Counted from the first letter of the stretch, positions 50,709 to 63,759 are shown. The stretch is 64,000 bases of DNA from Vicugna vicugna (GCA_013265495.1 MU063101.1:6066164-6130163), one strand, 5' to 3'. Made by a program: numbers and translations. Notes: generated by a model from the sequence alone, not told the origin.

Positions 50709-51460
50709 TTAGTCCTTTGATGGTGCTGCCCCTCTGTCTCTCTCAGCTGCCCCCTCCCATCTTTAGGGCTCTGGCCAATTCAGCCAGCATGGTCACAAAC
50801 TGAATCCTAGGGAAGTGATGCAGAGTCGCTTACAGAAGTGATGCATTGAGTTCAAGGTCCAGTTTCCGTCTCAGAAATGATGCCCAAAGTTTTCCTGCAA
50901 GCGGGTGGAGTGTGCTTGGCTCTGCCTGAAACACAGACACAACTCTTCTCTGATTTTAGTGTCTTAACCCTCACAAGTGCTAAATTACCCCATAAACAAA
51001 ATACATCTGGTGTTTGACTCATGGAAAATATTTCTCTACGGTTGAAAAGAAGTGTGTGGACAGTCTGACTCTATTAATTTCCACTGGAGTGACTCTGAAC
51101 CATCTGCTCAGGCTCTGATACAAAGGGAGGGGTGGGGGATGGCCACTCTGCAGGTGGCCTGGGAAGTGCAGCGTGGGTTCTACGAATCTGTGGATATGGG
51201 TCTTTGTCACTGGTGTCCCTGACAGGCTGGGAAATCCTCCTGACATTGCTTTGGGCACTCGAGTTTTCGGAGTCCCCCCAGACGTATGGAACACTCTGGT
51301 CCTGGTAGAGTCGTCTGGACCCAAGTACCTTCTTCTCCCCTGATTTGGGGTCTGCTGCTGCCAGGATCTCTGTGTGGCCCAGAACAATGGATACCTCTCC
51401 AAGCAGCTCTTCCAGTGCAGTTCTGGGCTTTCCCTTCACGGCTCAGAGGAAGTGAGAGGT

Positions 51461-51475
51461 GCTCCCTCTGGTGGC
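51461..51475 (-). promoter_or_regulatory. Candidate CTCF motif
   Basis: Minus strand GCCACCAGAGGGAGC, one deviation from the CTCF core. Motif only. Confidence 0.35.
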
Positions 51476-51544
51476 TTCTGGGACACAGATATCTGCAGAG
51501 AGCAAGACCTTGGGTGCAACAGGCTATGCCACAGTGGCAGCTAG

Positions 51545-51785
51545 GGCCAGGCTGAGCTTTGAAGTGGCAAAGACTTGAGTTCAAACCTGACTTCTACTCA
51601 CCACGGCTATAAGTCCTTTGTCAAATTATTGTTAACCACCCTGACGTCTGTATCATTACCTTTAAAATGGAGACTTTTTACATCCAAGGTGACAATTGTC
51701 TGGTTGCATATCAAGTCATTTGAAGAGTGCCTGGCATGTAGAAGTTCTGGAAGGATGATGGCTATTAATGTTATCAATTATGAAT
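51545..51785 (+). mobile_element. MIR
   Basis: gacttgagttcaaacctgacttctactcaccac...ttacctttaaaatggaga...gtgcctggcatgtag. Confidence 0.65.
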
Positions 51786-51789
51786 TCTA

Positions 51790-52310
51790 AGATGTTCCAC
51801 AATGATGTTCCACTCCCCTACCTCCAGTGTGCACATCTAGTATAATCCCCTCTCCTTGGGTGAGGACAGAATCAGTGAATATGATGAGTTATGTCTTTGA
51901 GTTAATCTAGAATGAGATTATCTAAGTGGGCCAACTTAATTGATGAGCCTTTAAATGGGACTGGACCCTTCCTGAACCCAGAGAAGTTGGAAATCTGAGA
52001 GGATCAATGGAGGGGCCACATGGCAAGGACCTGAGAGCAACCTCTAAGAGTGGTCCACGGCCAATAGCAAGACAATGAGGGCCTCAATCCTACATTCACA
52101 AGGAAATAAATTCTGCTTATAATCTGAGGAAACTTGGAAGTAATCTTTTCCCTGTCAGGCCACCAGATGATAACCTGGCCTGGCTGATACACTGATTTCA
52201 GTTTTGTAAGCTCCTAACAGAGGATCCAGTTAAAACCTGCTTGACCTGGGACCCATGGAAACTGTGAGATGAGAAATGTGTGTTGTTTTAAGGCACTAAA
52301 TTTATAGTAA
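51790..52310 (+). mobile_element. MaLR LTR (MLT1E-like)
   Basis: gggccacatggcaaggacctgagagcaacctcta...ggaaataaattctgc...gaaactgtgagatgagaaatgtgtgttgttttaag. Confidence 0.85.
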
Positions 52311-52659
52311 AAAAATAGCAAAAAAGATTGGTACAGAGATAATAACATCTACCCCAGAGAAAGATTTTGAGAAATAAATGTCATAATTTGCATACAGCAT
52401 ATAAGACAGTTACATGGTAGGTACCTGATGGTAGTTGTCTCGGATTTCAGATCATCTCCTCAGCTAAGTAGTACAGCTCCTCCTCCCCCATCAGGAACAT
52501 AGTCTTGCCTCAAACCCCAGCCTGTTACGGATCTTGCTGGCCTCCTGTTCATTCTTTTCTTGGGGATTGGCTCATGTCTTGTCATAGCTGGGTCTTGATG
52601 CCTACCACTGCCCACGCAAGACCTGAATATTGACCGCTGTCTGGATCACCTCTTTCACC

Positions 52660-52930
52660 CTATATTTTTGCTAAAATCATTTCCCATCCATTCTTATAAG
52701 GCTGGCTCATGTTTCAAGTCTCAGCTCAAATGTCACCACCTCTGAGAATCCTATTCTGCTTGAGTGGGCTCTTCTTCCTCCCTCACTGCTCTCAAAGCCC
52801 CTGTTTATTTCCTTCACAGCACTTTCACGGTCTCTGAAAGTTCTGTTTGGTTGTTTAGTTTGTGCATTTCCACCCCACCGCCCTCCCCAGTAGTCTCTTG
52901 GGCTTATGAGACCAGCTGCCATGTTGGTTT
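52660..52930 (+). mobile_element. L2 fragment
   Basis: tctcagctcaaatgtcaccacctctgagaa...cacagcactttcac. Confidence 0.65.
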
Positions 52931-53419
52931 TATTTACTGCGGATTCTGGTGCCACCATGGTGCAAAGCACAACCAGGAGCTCAATCCATGTGTGTGCAGT
53001 GCCCAAATGTGCATGTGTGGCTGTGTGAGGGTGCCACAACACCCAGCCCGTGCTGACCCTGAGCCCTTCTCTGATTGAGATTTCTGTCCTCACTGTTTTG
53101 GGCATATCAGCTGATTCTGAGGAAACTTCTTGTGGGATTGCCCCATGTCCAGGCAGCTGGCATTCCTCATCCTCATTACAGAGAGGATTCTTGATCCCAG
53201 TTCCTCTCTAAGCCACTCATTTCTCTGTGTAGCTGAGCCTTGTTCCACAGACTTCTGCTACTCCTCTTCCCAAATACCAGGTTCTCGCTTAAATAGAATC
53301 AGATGCTTATGTACATTTTGTGAATATACAAGTCTAGAGTGAATCCTGGGGACTCTGCTTGATGAGGAGGAATGAATATAGGTTTTGCTGAGATATAGAC
53401 AAGCTGTTCAAATGTAAGC

Positions 53420-53560
53420 TCTGCCATTGACTAGCTTTCTGACTTAGGCAGTAAGTCATTTCCCTGAGCCTCAGTTTCCTCATCTGTAAAATGGGATAAT
53501 TACATCTACATGAAGGAGTGGAGGTATGAGAATATGTACAGAGCATGTAGCTCAGGACTG
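53420..53560 (+). mobile_element. MIR
   Basis: ggcagtaagtcatttccctgagcctcagtttcctcatctgtaaaatgggataat. Confidence 0.8.
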
Positions 53561-54457
53561 GAACTTGGAAGATATTCTAGGCATAATTAGTATTCTCCCC
53601 AACTTCCCCTTTCCAGCTCTAAAAGTGGAAACTTTTTGAAGCAAGAAAAGACCAAATTTGGTGTAGTGTGAGTGACAGATGAAGAAAGAAAACTGTCAGA
53701 CTAGGAAGATCCTGGTCAGTGTCCTGGGAGTTCTGGGTAGTAGGACAGGTCTGGTCCACACTTCTTTGCATTTCCTAGGCAGGATTCTCCTTCCTGTGGA
53801 GCACATATCACCATGGGACCATTTCTGTATTCATTCCAAAGCTCCTGATTAAAGGCTCATGAATATTCAAATACTTGTCTCCCCTTATTTGCCTGACTAT
53901 TAGCATTCTGTCTCTAGGCTTATTTTTCAGTTTTTCTCTATTGCACATTTGCTCAGTGATTCATGCTTCATCGTCTGATGTGACCTGTTTTGAGACTATC
54001 TCAGCTATTCCCAGTTCTTGGAGAAGCTGGGTCTCCTCTCTGCCCCGGCTGCCAGCTTTCTCTTGCTTGTTCTGGTCCCAAAGATGAGTGGGTGGTGGAA
54101 CAGCCTGCAGAATGCCACTTTGGGAACTTGCTTCTGCATTTAAAAATTTCGTATTAATAATAATAATAATTCAGTATGCATGTCTATCAATTCAAATTTT
54201 ACAAAGATTTCATATCATACTGTTTACAGTTTAACTTTCTGCAAATGCAAAGTGCTGACTTTTTTTTGGATGGTGTCATGTCTCTTTTCCTTCTGAATAT
54301 TTAACAACAAGATTTGAACAAAACAAAATCTGTTTTAAAACCCAGATGTATGATGATTTCTCACAATGGCACAACAGAGAGGGGATTTGTCCTTCTCTTT
54401 CCCTATGCTGTTTGGAGCTTTGTCGGAAGTATGTTCAGCTTTATAGTAGATGCAGAG

Positions 54458-54934
54458 TGTACTAGTTTCCTATTGCTGCTGCAACAAATTATCACAGACT
54501 TGGTGGCTTAGGAAAACACAAATTTATTTTCTTAAAATTTTAGAAGTCAGAAGTCTAAAATGAATCAGCAGTACTGTGTTCCTTCTGGATATTCTGGAGG
54601 AAAATTCCTTTCTTTTTTTAGCTTCTAGAGGCCACTTGCATTCCTTGGCTCCTGGCACCTTTCTTAATCTTCAAAGCTAGCATTGTAGCATCTTCATATC
54701 TCTCCCTGACTTCAGTTTCTGTAGTCTCATTTCCTTCACTGATTTTGACCCTTCTGCCTCCCTCTCGTAAGGACCTTGTGATGACACTGGGCCCGCCTGG
54801 ATAATCCAGGATAATCTCCTTGTCTCAAGATCCTTAATTTAATAACCTCTACAAAGTCCCCTTTGGCATGTAAAATAACATGATCACAGGAGGTTAGAAC
54901 TTGAATACCTTTGGGTGGTCATTGTACCTGCTAC
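54458..54934 (-). mobile_element. MaLR LTR (MLT1D-like)
   Basis: tgtactagtttcctattgctgctg...gggcccgcctggataatccaggataatctcc...caagatccttaattt. Confidence 0.85.
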
Positions 54935-55299
54935 ACCATCTCTCTGGTTTAGTAGGAAAATCTAGATTGCTTGGGACTGACACTGTTTCCTTGTCTAGGG
55001 TGTAGATCCTCTGGCTTCATTTATTCCCCTCTGAAGGGCAGACTCCTCCTAGTGGCTGCTATGAGTTTCTTGGCTACATGAACACAGTATCTCCAATGGG
55101 TACATGGAGGGCTTGTGCTGGTAGGTTTGACAGAAAATACCCAACTTCCTATGCAGATCTCTGTATGCTTAAAGCATCTTCTTTAAATGCAATATCCAAT
55201 TTGGTTTCCACAGTCACCTCTGAGACAGGAATTATCACCTTCAATTAAAGCTGAAATACAGAGAAGTTAAATATTGTGCTGCCCTTTTCTTGTGTGACA

Positions 55300-55850
55300 T
55301 GGTGCAAATGGGGCCTGGATTCAAATTCAGGTCTGACTTTGTGACTTGGTGCATGTTACTTCACCTCTCCATCTGTCAGTACCCATTTCATAAAGGTGAG
55401 CATTAAATGAGTTAAGACTTGTAAAGTACTTAGTATAGGATCTGGATCAATGTATGCTAGCTGTTTTGTCATAATTATTCTTACCATTAAGATTATCATT
55501 ATTTCTGCTAATTGCATTTTCTGTGCCTGCAGGAAGTTGTTATTATAATAGCTATTGAAATTGTGGTTACTATTGCCTCTGGGGCATGCAGATTTCTTGG
55601 GCCCTCGAAGGCCTACATTGATTGGACATGTCCTATACAACACGCACAGGGCAAAGTGCCTTGGGCACACTATCACATTTAATTCCCCAAATAGTCAGAA
55701 AGTAAGTACAACTACTGCTCCCATTTCCCCTTTTCATTTACAAAGCAAACGAGGCTAGAGGAAGTGAAGTGATTTATCCATCATGGTACTGACGTTAATG
55801 GGTGGAATTACAACCCCTGGGTTTGCCAGAGCCTGGACTCCTATTCCTAG
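55300..55850. mobile_element. Two MIR copies (+ at ~55300-55470, - at ~55620-55850)
   Basis: ctggattcaaattcagg...ttacttcacctctccatctg; and ttcatttacaaagcaaacgaggctagaggaagtgaagtga. Confidence 0.6.
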
Positions 55851-57074
55851 GCACCCCATGCCTTACTAAGTTGCTCCCTGGTAGACATCATGGACTGTGC
55901 TGTCCTTATCTATCTCTGATGGTTATCGCACCCTGCAGCCTGGAGGCCTGAAAGAGCCTAGGGAGGCTGAGAGCCAGCTGTCTATTAGAGCTCATTAGGA
56001 TGCCACTGTCTCAGGCAGAAATTGGTACTTCTGACTTAGTCGCTGTCTCACTGGGCTCCTGTCCCACAAAGCAATGGGAGCAATGGGCCCCTTGGGGCAT
56101 TTCTCCACCCCTGCCCAGAGCTATTTTCTCACACACGTCCTTTTCTATCACCATAAAAGTCAACATTTACATCAAGGCTGTTATTAATGCTGAAGCATAG
56201 GGAGCAACTGGGGGAGTTTTCTTTAGAACAGAAAATGTCCAGTTTCCAAAGATCTGGCTCGAGCACAAATAAGTGTTGACTTCAGCCCTTCTGGGAACTG
56301 CTGTCTTGCATACCAACAGGGTCCCGGAGCTGCACTGAGACAACCCAGGCTTCTAACGGAGTGTTTGTCAACAGGAGGATCTGTGTGGTGCTGGTAGAGT
56401 TCTTGAATAATGTATAAAATCCACACGTTAAGGTTGATTAAAATCCTAAGTGCATTATCCAACTAGAGCAAAAGGCTCTTGAGTCTCTGTTGAAAGTCGT
56501 TGATCTTCAAGGACTCTTCCCATCACACTGTGCTCCAAGACAGTGAATTCCAGGGCCATTCTATCCACAAGGAGACCAGCATGAGCCTAGGAACTCACAG
56601 GGACAGCTCCATGTCAAGTCATACAGAGTGGGATTATTGTTTCATATATTTGATCTTCATAGAACTAGCAAGAAAGAAAAAAATCAGAATTGCCTCTTTT
56701 ATTACTTTTTCCCAGACTGAAAGCTAAAAGCAAGAAAGGCGTGAGAATCCAGTTACTAGGGTATCAAGAAATATGTTTGCTGCTTCATTATTTGCCACGT
56801 GTCTGATTATCAAGATTTCTTATGTTATCAGGACATTAGGGAGGCTTTGACCTCTAATCTGACCTGTGGGGAACAGATGTATGAACCTGGATTTCCTTAA
56901 AGAAGTTTGATAGTATACAAAGCAGAAGCATGGTCCCATTAGGAAACCACGCACATGAAAGCAGATATCAGGATATACAGACTCCAGAGAGAAAACTTGA
57001 CTATGCCCAGGACACTGTGTCTGTCCTATGCCTGTCCCATTACTGTGTTTTAGAAGCTTAAAGTAACTTTTTGG

Positions 57075-57715
57075 TTTTGCAGGTTTCAAATAGAGAGGAA
57101 TTTTGCCCCAGGATGTATCATTCCTGATACCTGATTTAGATGAGAATTTAGACTTAGAGTTGATGCTAGAATGGGTTAAGAATTTGGGGGCAGCTGGGGT
57201 GGGGTAAATATATTTTACATATGAGAAGGGTATGAATTTGGAGGACCAGAGGACAGAGAGAGTGTTGTGAGTTAGATTGTGTCCCTCCCACATTTACATT
57301 TTGAAATCCTGACCACCCAGTACCTCAGATTATGGCTTTATTTGGAGATAGGATCTTCACAGAGGTAATCAAATTAAAGTGAAGCCATAGGGTGGACCCT
57401 AATCTGATAGGACTGATGTTCTCATAAAAAGGGGAAATTTAGATACAGAGAAACTACGTAGTGAGAATGCCATGTGAAGACAAAGGTAGAGATTGGGGTG
57501 ATGCTCCTGTAAGCCAAGAAATGCCAGATATTGTCAAGAAACCACCAGAATCTAAGGCAGAGACCTGGAACAGATCCCTTCCCATGGCCCTCAGAAGAAA
57601 CCAATCCTACAACACCTTGGTCTTGGACATTGGGCCTCCAGAATTGTGAGGCAATATATTTCTGCTGTTTGAGCCACTCAGTTTGAGGTACTTTGTTTCA
57701 GCAGCCCTAGCAAAT
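57075..57715 (+). mobile_element. MLT1B-like 3' LTR (57263-57715) preceded by a MaLR internal-sequence end
   Basis: LTR text ttatttggagatagg...agggtggaccctaatc...ctccagaattgtgag...gcagccctagcaaat. The upstream tatgagaagggtatgaatttggaggaccagagg resembles the MLT-int terminus. Confidence 0.8.
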
Positions 57716-58919
57716 TTTGGTATTTTAGTGAGGCATTACTTTGTTCAGGTGAAATTTGATGAGAAATCCACTATGTAAAGCAGACCAAAGCTCTGGATGA
57801 AGTAGAGTTTTGACAACCTGGAGACTTCCTTGTCCTGTTCCCTTCTCCTCAAAGTAGCTCTGGGGAGGCTCTCTCGAAGCTCCCAAATACAGTTTGAAAA
57901 ATCACTGACTCCTCTAAAAATAGAAAACAATACTGATATAACTTGGCAGCAACAGCCAAACAGTGGAGCTGCAGCAGCTTCCAGAGCACTGTGTGGAGGA
58001 TTCAGAGGTTTTGCTTAGGCTTAAGAGAAAAGTGTACAGTGATTGATTAGTGATGTCTGTCACAGGCATAGTAGTTGGGAGGGGATTAATATGTAACAAC
58101 TATTTTCCATCCCTGGAGTAGTCCAACTCCCTCATTAGGTAAAGAACAGCTTAGAGGGATGAAGTGACTGGCTCAAAGCCACACACATGAGATAAGTTAG
58201 GTGATGCTTCAAGCTTGGTTCCTATATGCTTGAGATTTATTCTCTGTCCATAGATTCATACTGTGTCACTGAAAAGAACATGCTATTCATTCAGGGAAGC
58301 CCATGTTACCAAGGTCTTTAGACCTAGGGCTGAGAATTGCACCTGCCTTTATTCTTCTCACATTGCTGGTTGTGAATATCTAATATACTGTTAGAATGTC
58401 TTTTGCTCCCACATCTCTCTGTAATGAGTGTTACTCCTGACCAGTGGCCTGGAGCAGGCAGGGGAAGCTGTGGAAAATGGTCGGGTGTTCAGTGGTTTGC
58501 CAAAGTCTTGACCACTCTTCTTTGGAGACTGTCATTAAAACCCTGGAGCTTGAAGCAACAGGTTCTGGTGAAGTGGACAGTGAGGGGACTGTAAGGACAA
58601 GCTCTCCTGAAAGTTGTTTTGTAGATTCTGCTTCACTTCCTTTATGGAGTCATTGCCATAGTGACAATATGCATCAACCCCTGGAGGTTGGGCTTAGAGT
58701 TTCTCTCATTGGGCAGGATGCTGGAAGGACATTGTCAAAAGTGGGACTCGGGTAATGGAGGGGGAATTTAGTTATTCTCTTGACTCTATTCCACAGGGTT
58801 TCTTGTTTCTATTTCTAGAGAAGAAAAATTAACTTTCTTTGTAATATCATAGGATTTTAGACACAAAGTTTCCTAGAAGCTCCAGTTATGGGCTGTGACA
58901 GGACAGAATCTGATGGCAT

Positions 58920-59080
58920 TTGAAATAGTCTGTTTATATGTCGTGTGTCTCCCCTGCTGGACAGGAATTTCTTGAAGTCAGGGGCTGTATGTGGTTGTTC
59001 ACTACTCTATCTCAGTCTCCAGCATTATGCTGCAAGCAGGAAGCACCAGCCCAGGTTTGCTGAATGAATAAATGAAGGCA
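58920..59080 (+). mobile_element. L2 3' end
   Basis: tcttgaagtcaggggctg...ggtttgctgaatgaataaatgaa. Confidence 0.65.
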
Positions 59081-59224
59081 TTGATTAGATGGGAATTGAA
59101 GCTCAAACTCTGCTTCTGTGTTTGCATGTGTGTGTGCGTGTGTCTTTGTGTGTATATAGTCACAAGAATAGTGCCTGGCACATAGCAGGTGTTCAGTAAG
59201 TACTTCTTGAATTAAATGTTGGGT

Positions 59225-59420
59225 ATTTCTGCCTCAGTCTCTGTGCTGAGTGTTTAATGCATAGTAATTTGTTTAATTCTCACCACAACCACAAGAGGTA
59301 GGTCCTATTCTTTACATTTTCTAATGGGATACAAGAGTCAGAGAGGTTTAGTAACTTGATCAAAGTCACACAGCTAAGGAGTGGCAGAGCTAAGACTTGA
59401 GTCTTAGTCTGGAGCTAAAA
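59225..59420 (-). mobile_element. MIR
   Basis: ttaattctcaccacaacc...gagaggtttagtaacttgatcaaagtcacacagctaag. Confidence 0.75.
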
Positions 59421-59439
59421 TCTAATCTGTGTGTTACAT

Positions 59440-59850
59440 CATCACTTTGGATGTAAAGCAAGGATGTTTGGGGCCTATATTGTATTTCATGGGACCATAG
59501 GGGATTTCTGCATAAGAGATGGGCCTGGTGAAATCAGCATTTGGGAAGAAGCATCAGGTAAGGATGCAAGAAGCAGGGATAGATGCAGGAGGCTACTGCA
59601 GTACCATGGAGAGAGCCATTCAGACCAGAACAAAGGGAAGGCAATGAGAGATGGGTGGCTTGAAGGAAAGAGGTTTTAAGGATATGCAAGGACCTGGAGA
59701 GTAGGGGCTGGAGAAAATGTATGTATTGGGGGGGGGGGGGGAAACAGCAAAGTTAGGAGATGTAGGTGTAGGGACAGCAAGATGCTGAATTTACTTTGAA
59801 GCATGTTGACTTTGAGGCTACTGAGGAACATATAGAAGGAGATGCAAAAA
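59440..59850 (-). mobile_element. L2 fragment (contains a G14 run at 59728-59741)
   Basis: ggaggctactgcagtacc...gatgctgaatttactttgaagcatgttgactttgagg. Confidence 0.6.
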
Positions 59851-61112
59851 AATTAATGTCACTTTCAATAATATCATGTGGTAGAAACCCATTACAAATA
59901 ATTATATTTGAAGAAGCATGTATTAGTTCATATAACTGAAAAAGATTTTATGTCTTACCTTCAGGTGTGATTGGATACAGGGGTTCAAAAAGATATCAAG
60001 ACCCCAATTATCTCCATTTCCTGAGCAGACAGACATGCTGGCCACCAGAAGCCCTGAGCTTACATCCTGACAGCTTAGCAACTTGGGTGTGAGAGTGGGA
60101 GAAAGAGAGAGAGAGAGAATGATTTGGTGGCTTCTAGACCCCCAGGCCTCTGGCAGTCAGCCCACTGAGGTAGGGTTCTCTCTGCTGACAGACTCTCAAG
60201 AATCACATAGAGTGATGGGTTAGCACTTCAGTGTCCACTCTAATGAGTAGTTTGGTGTTTATCACTCATTCTATAAGAAGTACAGCTTAGAAAGGGTAAC
60301 TTTCAGAAGGCAAGATCAGAGGACAAGGTGTGAGTGTATGACTCTTTTTAAAAAAAAAAACAAAACACCCCCCTGGCTATTTCTTACATTCCTCTTGGCT
60401 TTTGTATGGGCCTCTAGGTCATAGGTGCTGCTTGGGAGTAATGGTTGCACTTAAGAAGAGGAGTCTATGCCATTAGCACAGGTAACTGAGAGTCGATGTA
60501 TAGGAAATGGCAGCAGCCCTTTTGCAGTTTTGTTGCTTGTTTTGTTCACAGTTACCTGCAATATGGCAGAGATGCAGATGGATAGAAATATGCTTCAGTG
60601 TAACACATTTACAGCAGGGGGAGAAATGCCCCCCAAAACACAACTGCTCAATGCCAAAAGCAGTCTTTGCATTTCATAATCTGTGCTGCTTTCTGAATAC
60701 AAATAAACAGATGATTATTGCAGTAATGGACAATTGAGCTGTGGTCAGACGCTCAAGAGGTACTTTAAACAGTTGGTCATAAATACAAAATCAGAGTATT
60801 ATGATTCACGGAAGAGGAAGATGAAAGCAGATCCTGGTAACAGAGTCTGAGATGGAATTTAGAGCTGAGATTCAAAGCTGGACAAATGCAGGTCTTTTAA
60901 GCAGAAAGAGGGGTCATCTGGGTTGGGTTGACCCTGATTTTTCTGAAGATGTGTGATAGACATGCAGATCCCCCAGTACCCTTCAGGAAGGACTTGTGGC
61001 CCCAGCTGTATGGTCAGCATATGGTTTTCAGTTGTCAGCCCTCTTCAGGGATTGCCTCAGCTGGAAGACCCACAGTCAGTGAGGGATTGAGGGAGCATGT
61101 GGCAAGCTGAGT

Positions 61113-61450
61113 AATGGCCCTACCAGATGTCCACATTTGGAACCTGTGACTCTGTTACCTGACCTGGCAAAAGGGACTTTGCAAATGTGATTATGTTAAG
61201 GGTCTTAGATGGGTAGATTATCCTGGATTATCCAGGTGGATCCTAAATGTTATCACAAGGGGCCTTGAAGAGGGAGGCAGGAGGACCAGAGTCTGAGAGG
61301 GAATGTGATGACGGAAGCAGAGAGACAGAGATGCGATGACAGGAGCAGAGGTAGAAGTGATGCATCTTGAAGATGGAGGAAGGGGCCCAAGCCAAGGAAT
61401 TCAGGCAGCCTCTAGAAGCTGGAAAGATAAGTGAACAGATTCTTTCCTAG
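61113..61450 (+). mobile_element. MaLR LTR (MLT1D-like), running into gap
   Basis: aaagggactttgcaaatgtgatta...gattatcctggattatccaggtgg...gcagcctctagaagctggaaa. Confidence 0.9.
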
Positions 61451-61591
61451 NNNNNNNNNNNNNNNNNNNNNNNNNNNNNNNNNNNNNNNNNNNNNNNNNN
61501 NNNNNNNNNNNNNNNNNNNNNNNNNNNNNNNNNNNNNNNNNNNNNNNNNNNNNNNNNNNNNNNNNNNNNNNNNNNNNNNNNNNNNNNNNNN
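61451..61591. other. Assembly gap (141 N)
   Basis: Run of N. Confidence 1.
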
Positions 61592-61619
61592 GCCATAAGA
61601 AACTTGTACAGGAGGATAT

Positions 61620-61865
61620 AGAGACACAGTTGTCCTAGCCCAAGACAGGGCAATGTCACAGGCAGACCATTCTAGCTCCAGAGCACCCTGTGGAGGTGAG
61701 CCACTGCTGTGATTGGTCCTGTGTCAGAGTCTGACTTTCCCTCTGCCCACTCCTGCTTCCTTCCCGTCCCTTCCACAGGTTTTGATCCCAGGGACACCCC
61801 GTAACATACATGCTGACTTTCAAACACTATCTCTGAGTCAGCTTCCTGGGAAGCCCATGCTGTGT
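61620..61865 (+). mobile_element. LTR16-like ERVL LTR 3' part
   Basis: ccattctagctccagagcaccctgtgg...ctctgcccactcctgcttccttccc...ctctgagtcagcttcctgggaagccc. Confidence 0.7.
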
Positions 61866-61899
61866 TGATAGGTAGTGTTCCATAGTGATCCAGAACTTG

Positions 61900-62095
61900 A
61901 GCATTGGGTCAGTTTGTCCTGGCTTCCCAGCTTGGTAACCTTGGGCATGTTGTCTTGCCTCTTCAAGACTCAGTCTCCTTGACTGTAAAATGAGGATTAA
62001 AAACTCCTACACAGAGGCTTGTAGTTGGGATTCACTGAGACCACATATGGACCATGTGGCACAGAGCCTGCCTTGAAGTAAGTTCTTGATAATAT
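61900..62095 (+). mobile_element. MIR
   Basis: gtaaccttgggcatgttg...ctcagtctccttgactgtaaaatgaggatta. Confidence 0.7.
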
Positions 62096-63759
62096 TCTTG
62101 ATGCAACTGGTGATGGTGCTGATGATGGTGAAATTGACACTGATGGATGTCATTGATGGTGAGAAAGATGGTAAGAGTGAATACAATGACTTAAGGACAC
62201 CATGGACTTATGGACAGGACTATGACTTACAGAAGACAGTCTGTGTAGAAAGTTCATATGTTGCTCAGCTATTAGCACCCAAGAGGGTCAGGGAGAAAAT
62301 ACAGAGCAAAGACCTTTTTAAAGCTGATTTTCCACCCCCCCACCCCCCACCTGACTCTAGAAAGAGAATTCTGAGTTTGGGGTTGAATTCTAAACTCCAT
62401 GCTGGAATCCAGATACACCTTGAGCACCAGGCTCCCGACTGGGCATTGGCCCACCAAGGAACTATTCCTAGGGTTCATTCTGGCCTTAATTTCTAAGTCT
62501 TGACTTTGCTGTTCCAAGGATTAGGCTCTGGGACTTTCTATACGAGGAGACAGGTAACCTCTGTTGGGGCTGGGGGTATTGCAGATCATGTCCCATCTCC
62601 CCCAGGAGAACCCAAAGCCTGTGCCTGACACTGAAAACAAGGGACATGTGAGGACCATACAGAGAGGAGACAGGAGATAACTTTTAAATGATTATCTGAG
62701 TTTAAATGATATCTTTTTTTTTAACTTGAAAAGAAGCAGAAGTTATATTCATGGATTACAACTGTTAAGTCCCCTCTCCTGCCCCTGAAAAACAACCCTT
62801 TGAAGAGCATAAAAAACGACTCTCCTGCTTTTGTTCCTTACCTCGGATAGTTCAGCCCGTCAGGAAATCACAAGTTGCAGGCTAGCTGCTGAGGATGCTT
62901 TGAACAAAAACTGCCACAAAAGTGCCAGAGGACCCAAACCTGGACCTAATTCATAGTTTGCAAGTCCTCAGCAAGAAGCTGGCCAAACAATTCCAACTAA
63001 ATTAAACTCCATAGTGTCCTCCTGGGCTGGGCCTGTGGGTGCTAAGCCCCAGCTGTCAGCCTAGCTTCATGACTGAAGATAAATCACTGCAGAAAATGGA
63101 CTATAATGAAAACACTGACAGACCCTTCAAAGTAATGGAGCTCGCGGGTTTCCTTTTTGTTACATTTTGTATATTATGCAATTACTGCCTTGAAAATGGC
63201 CTTTTTCTTCATTCTGAGAGTTGTGTCCTGATTTCAGAACAGGGGCTGTGGGAGTTGAAAGAGGGCTTTATGCTTGGGACTGTAGGTATGCTGGATTCAG
63301 CCTGAGCCAGACCTCTTGTTGACAATTGCAGCAATTTTCTATTTCATGAAGGCTGGAATTGGCCACATCTAATCATTAGAATCACTGTGTCAAAGGCTGG
63401 ACAGTGCAAACAGGTCAGACATCCCTCCCATCAGCAGTTGAGTAGTTCACATCCAAGAAATAGATTATAAGCTGCCTTCCTGTTCTGTAATAAGGGGTGT
63501 AACTGAACAAAGAACAACTATACAAGGATGCCTACTGAGGTGGCCATGGCCAGGGCCATGGTGAGGTTAGGATACATTTAGTACCATTAGGGAAAGGATT
63601 CAGGCACAGCAGATACTGGGTCAAGTGATAGCTGGGATTCTTCTTTAGGACTTGTAAGTCCTTAAGAAGTTCCTGGCCACTGCGCCTCTCTGACCTGCCT
63701 CTAGCTTTCCTAACTACTCCAGTCTCTGGAAGCATCTAAATCAGCATGAGGGCTTCCTG

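Noticed and set aside
56223-56462. Possible symmetric 132-nt minus-strand exon (ILINLNVWILYIIQELYQHH...)
   Set aside because: Weak acceptor, unrecognised peptide, no neighbouring exons.
62086-62496. 136-aa ORF
   Set aside because: Begins in the gat/ggt-rich tail after a MIR; low complexity and no homology recognised.
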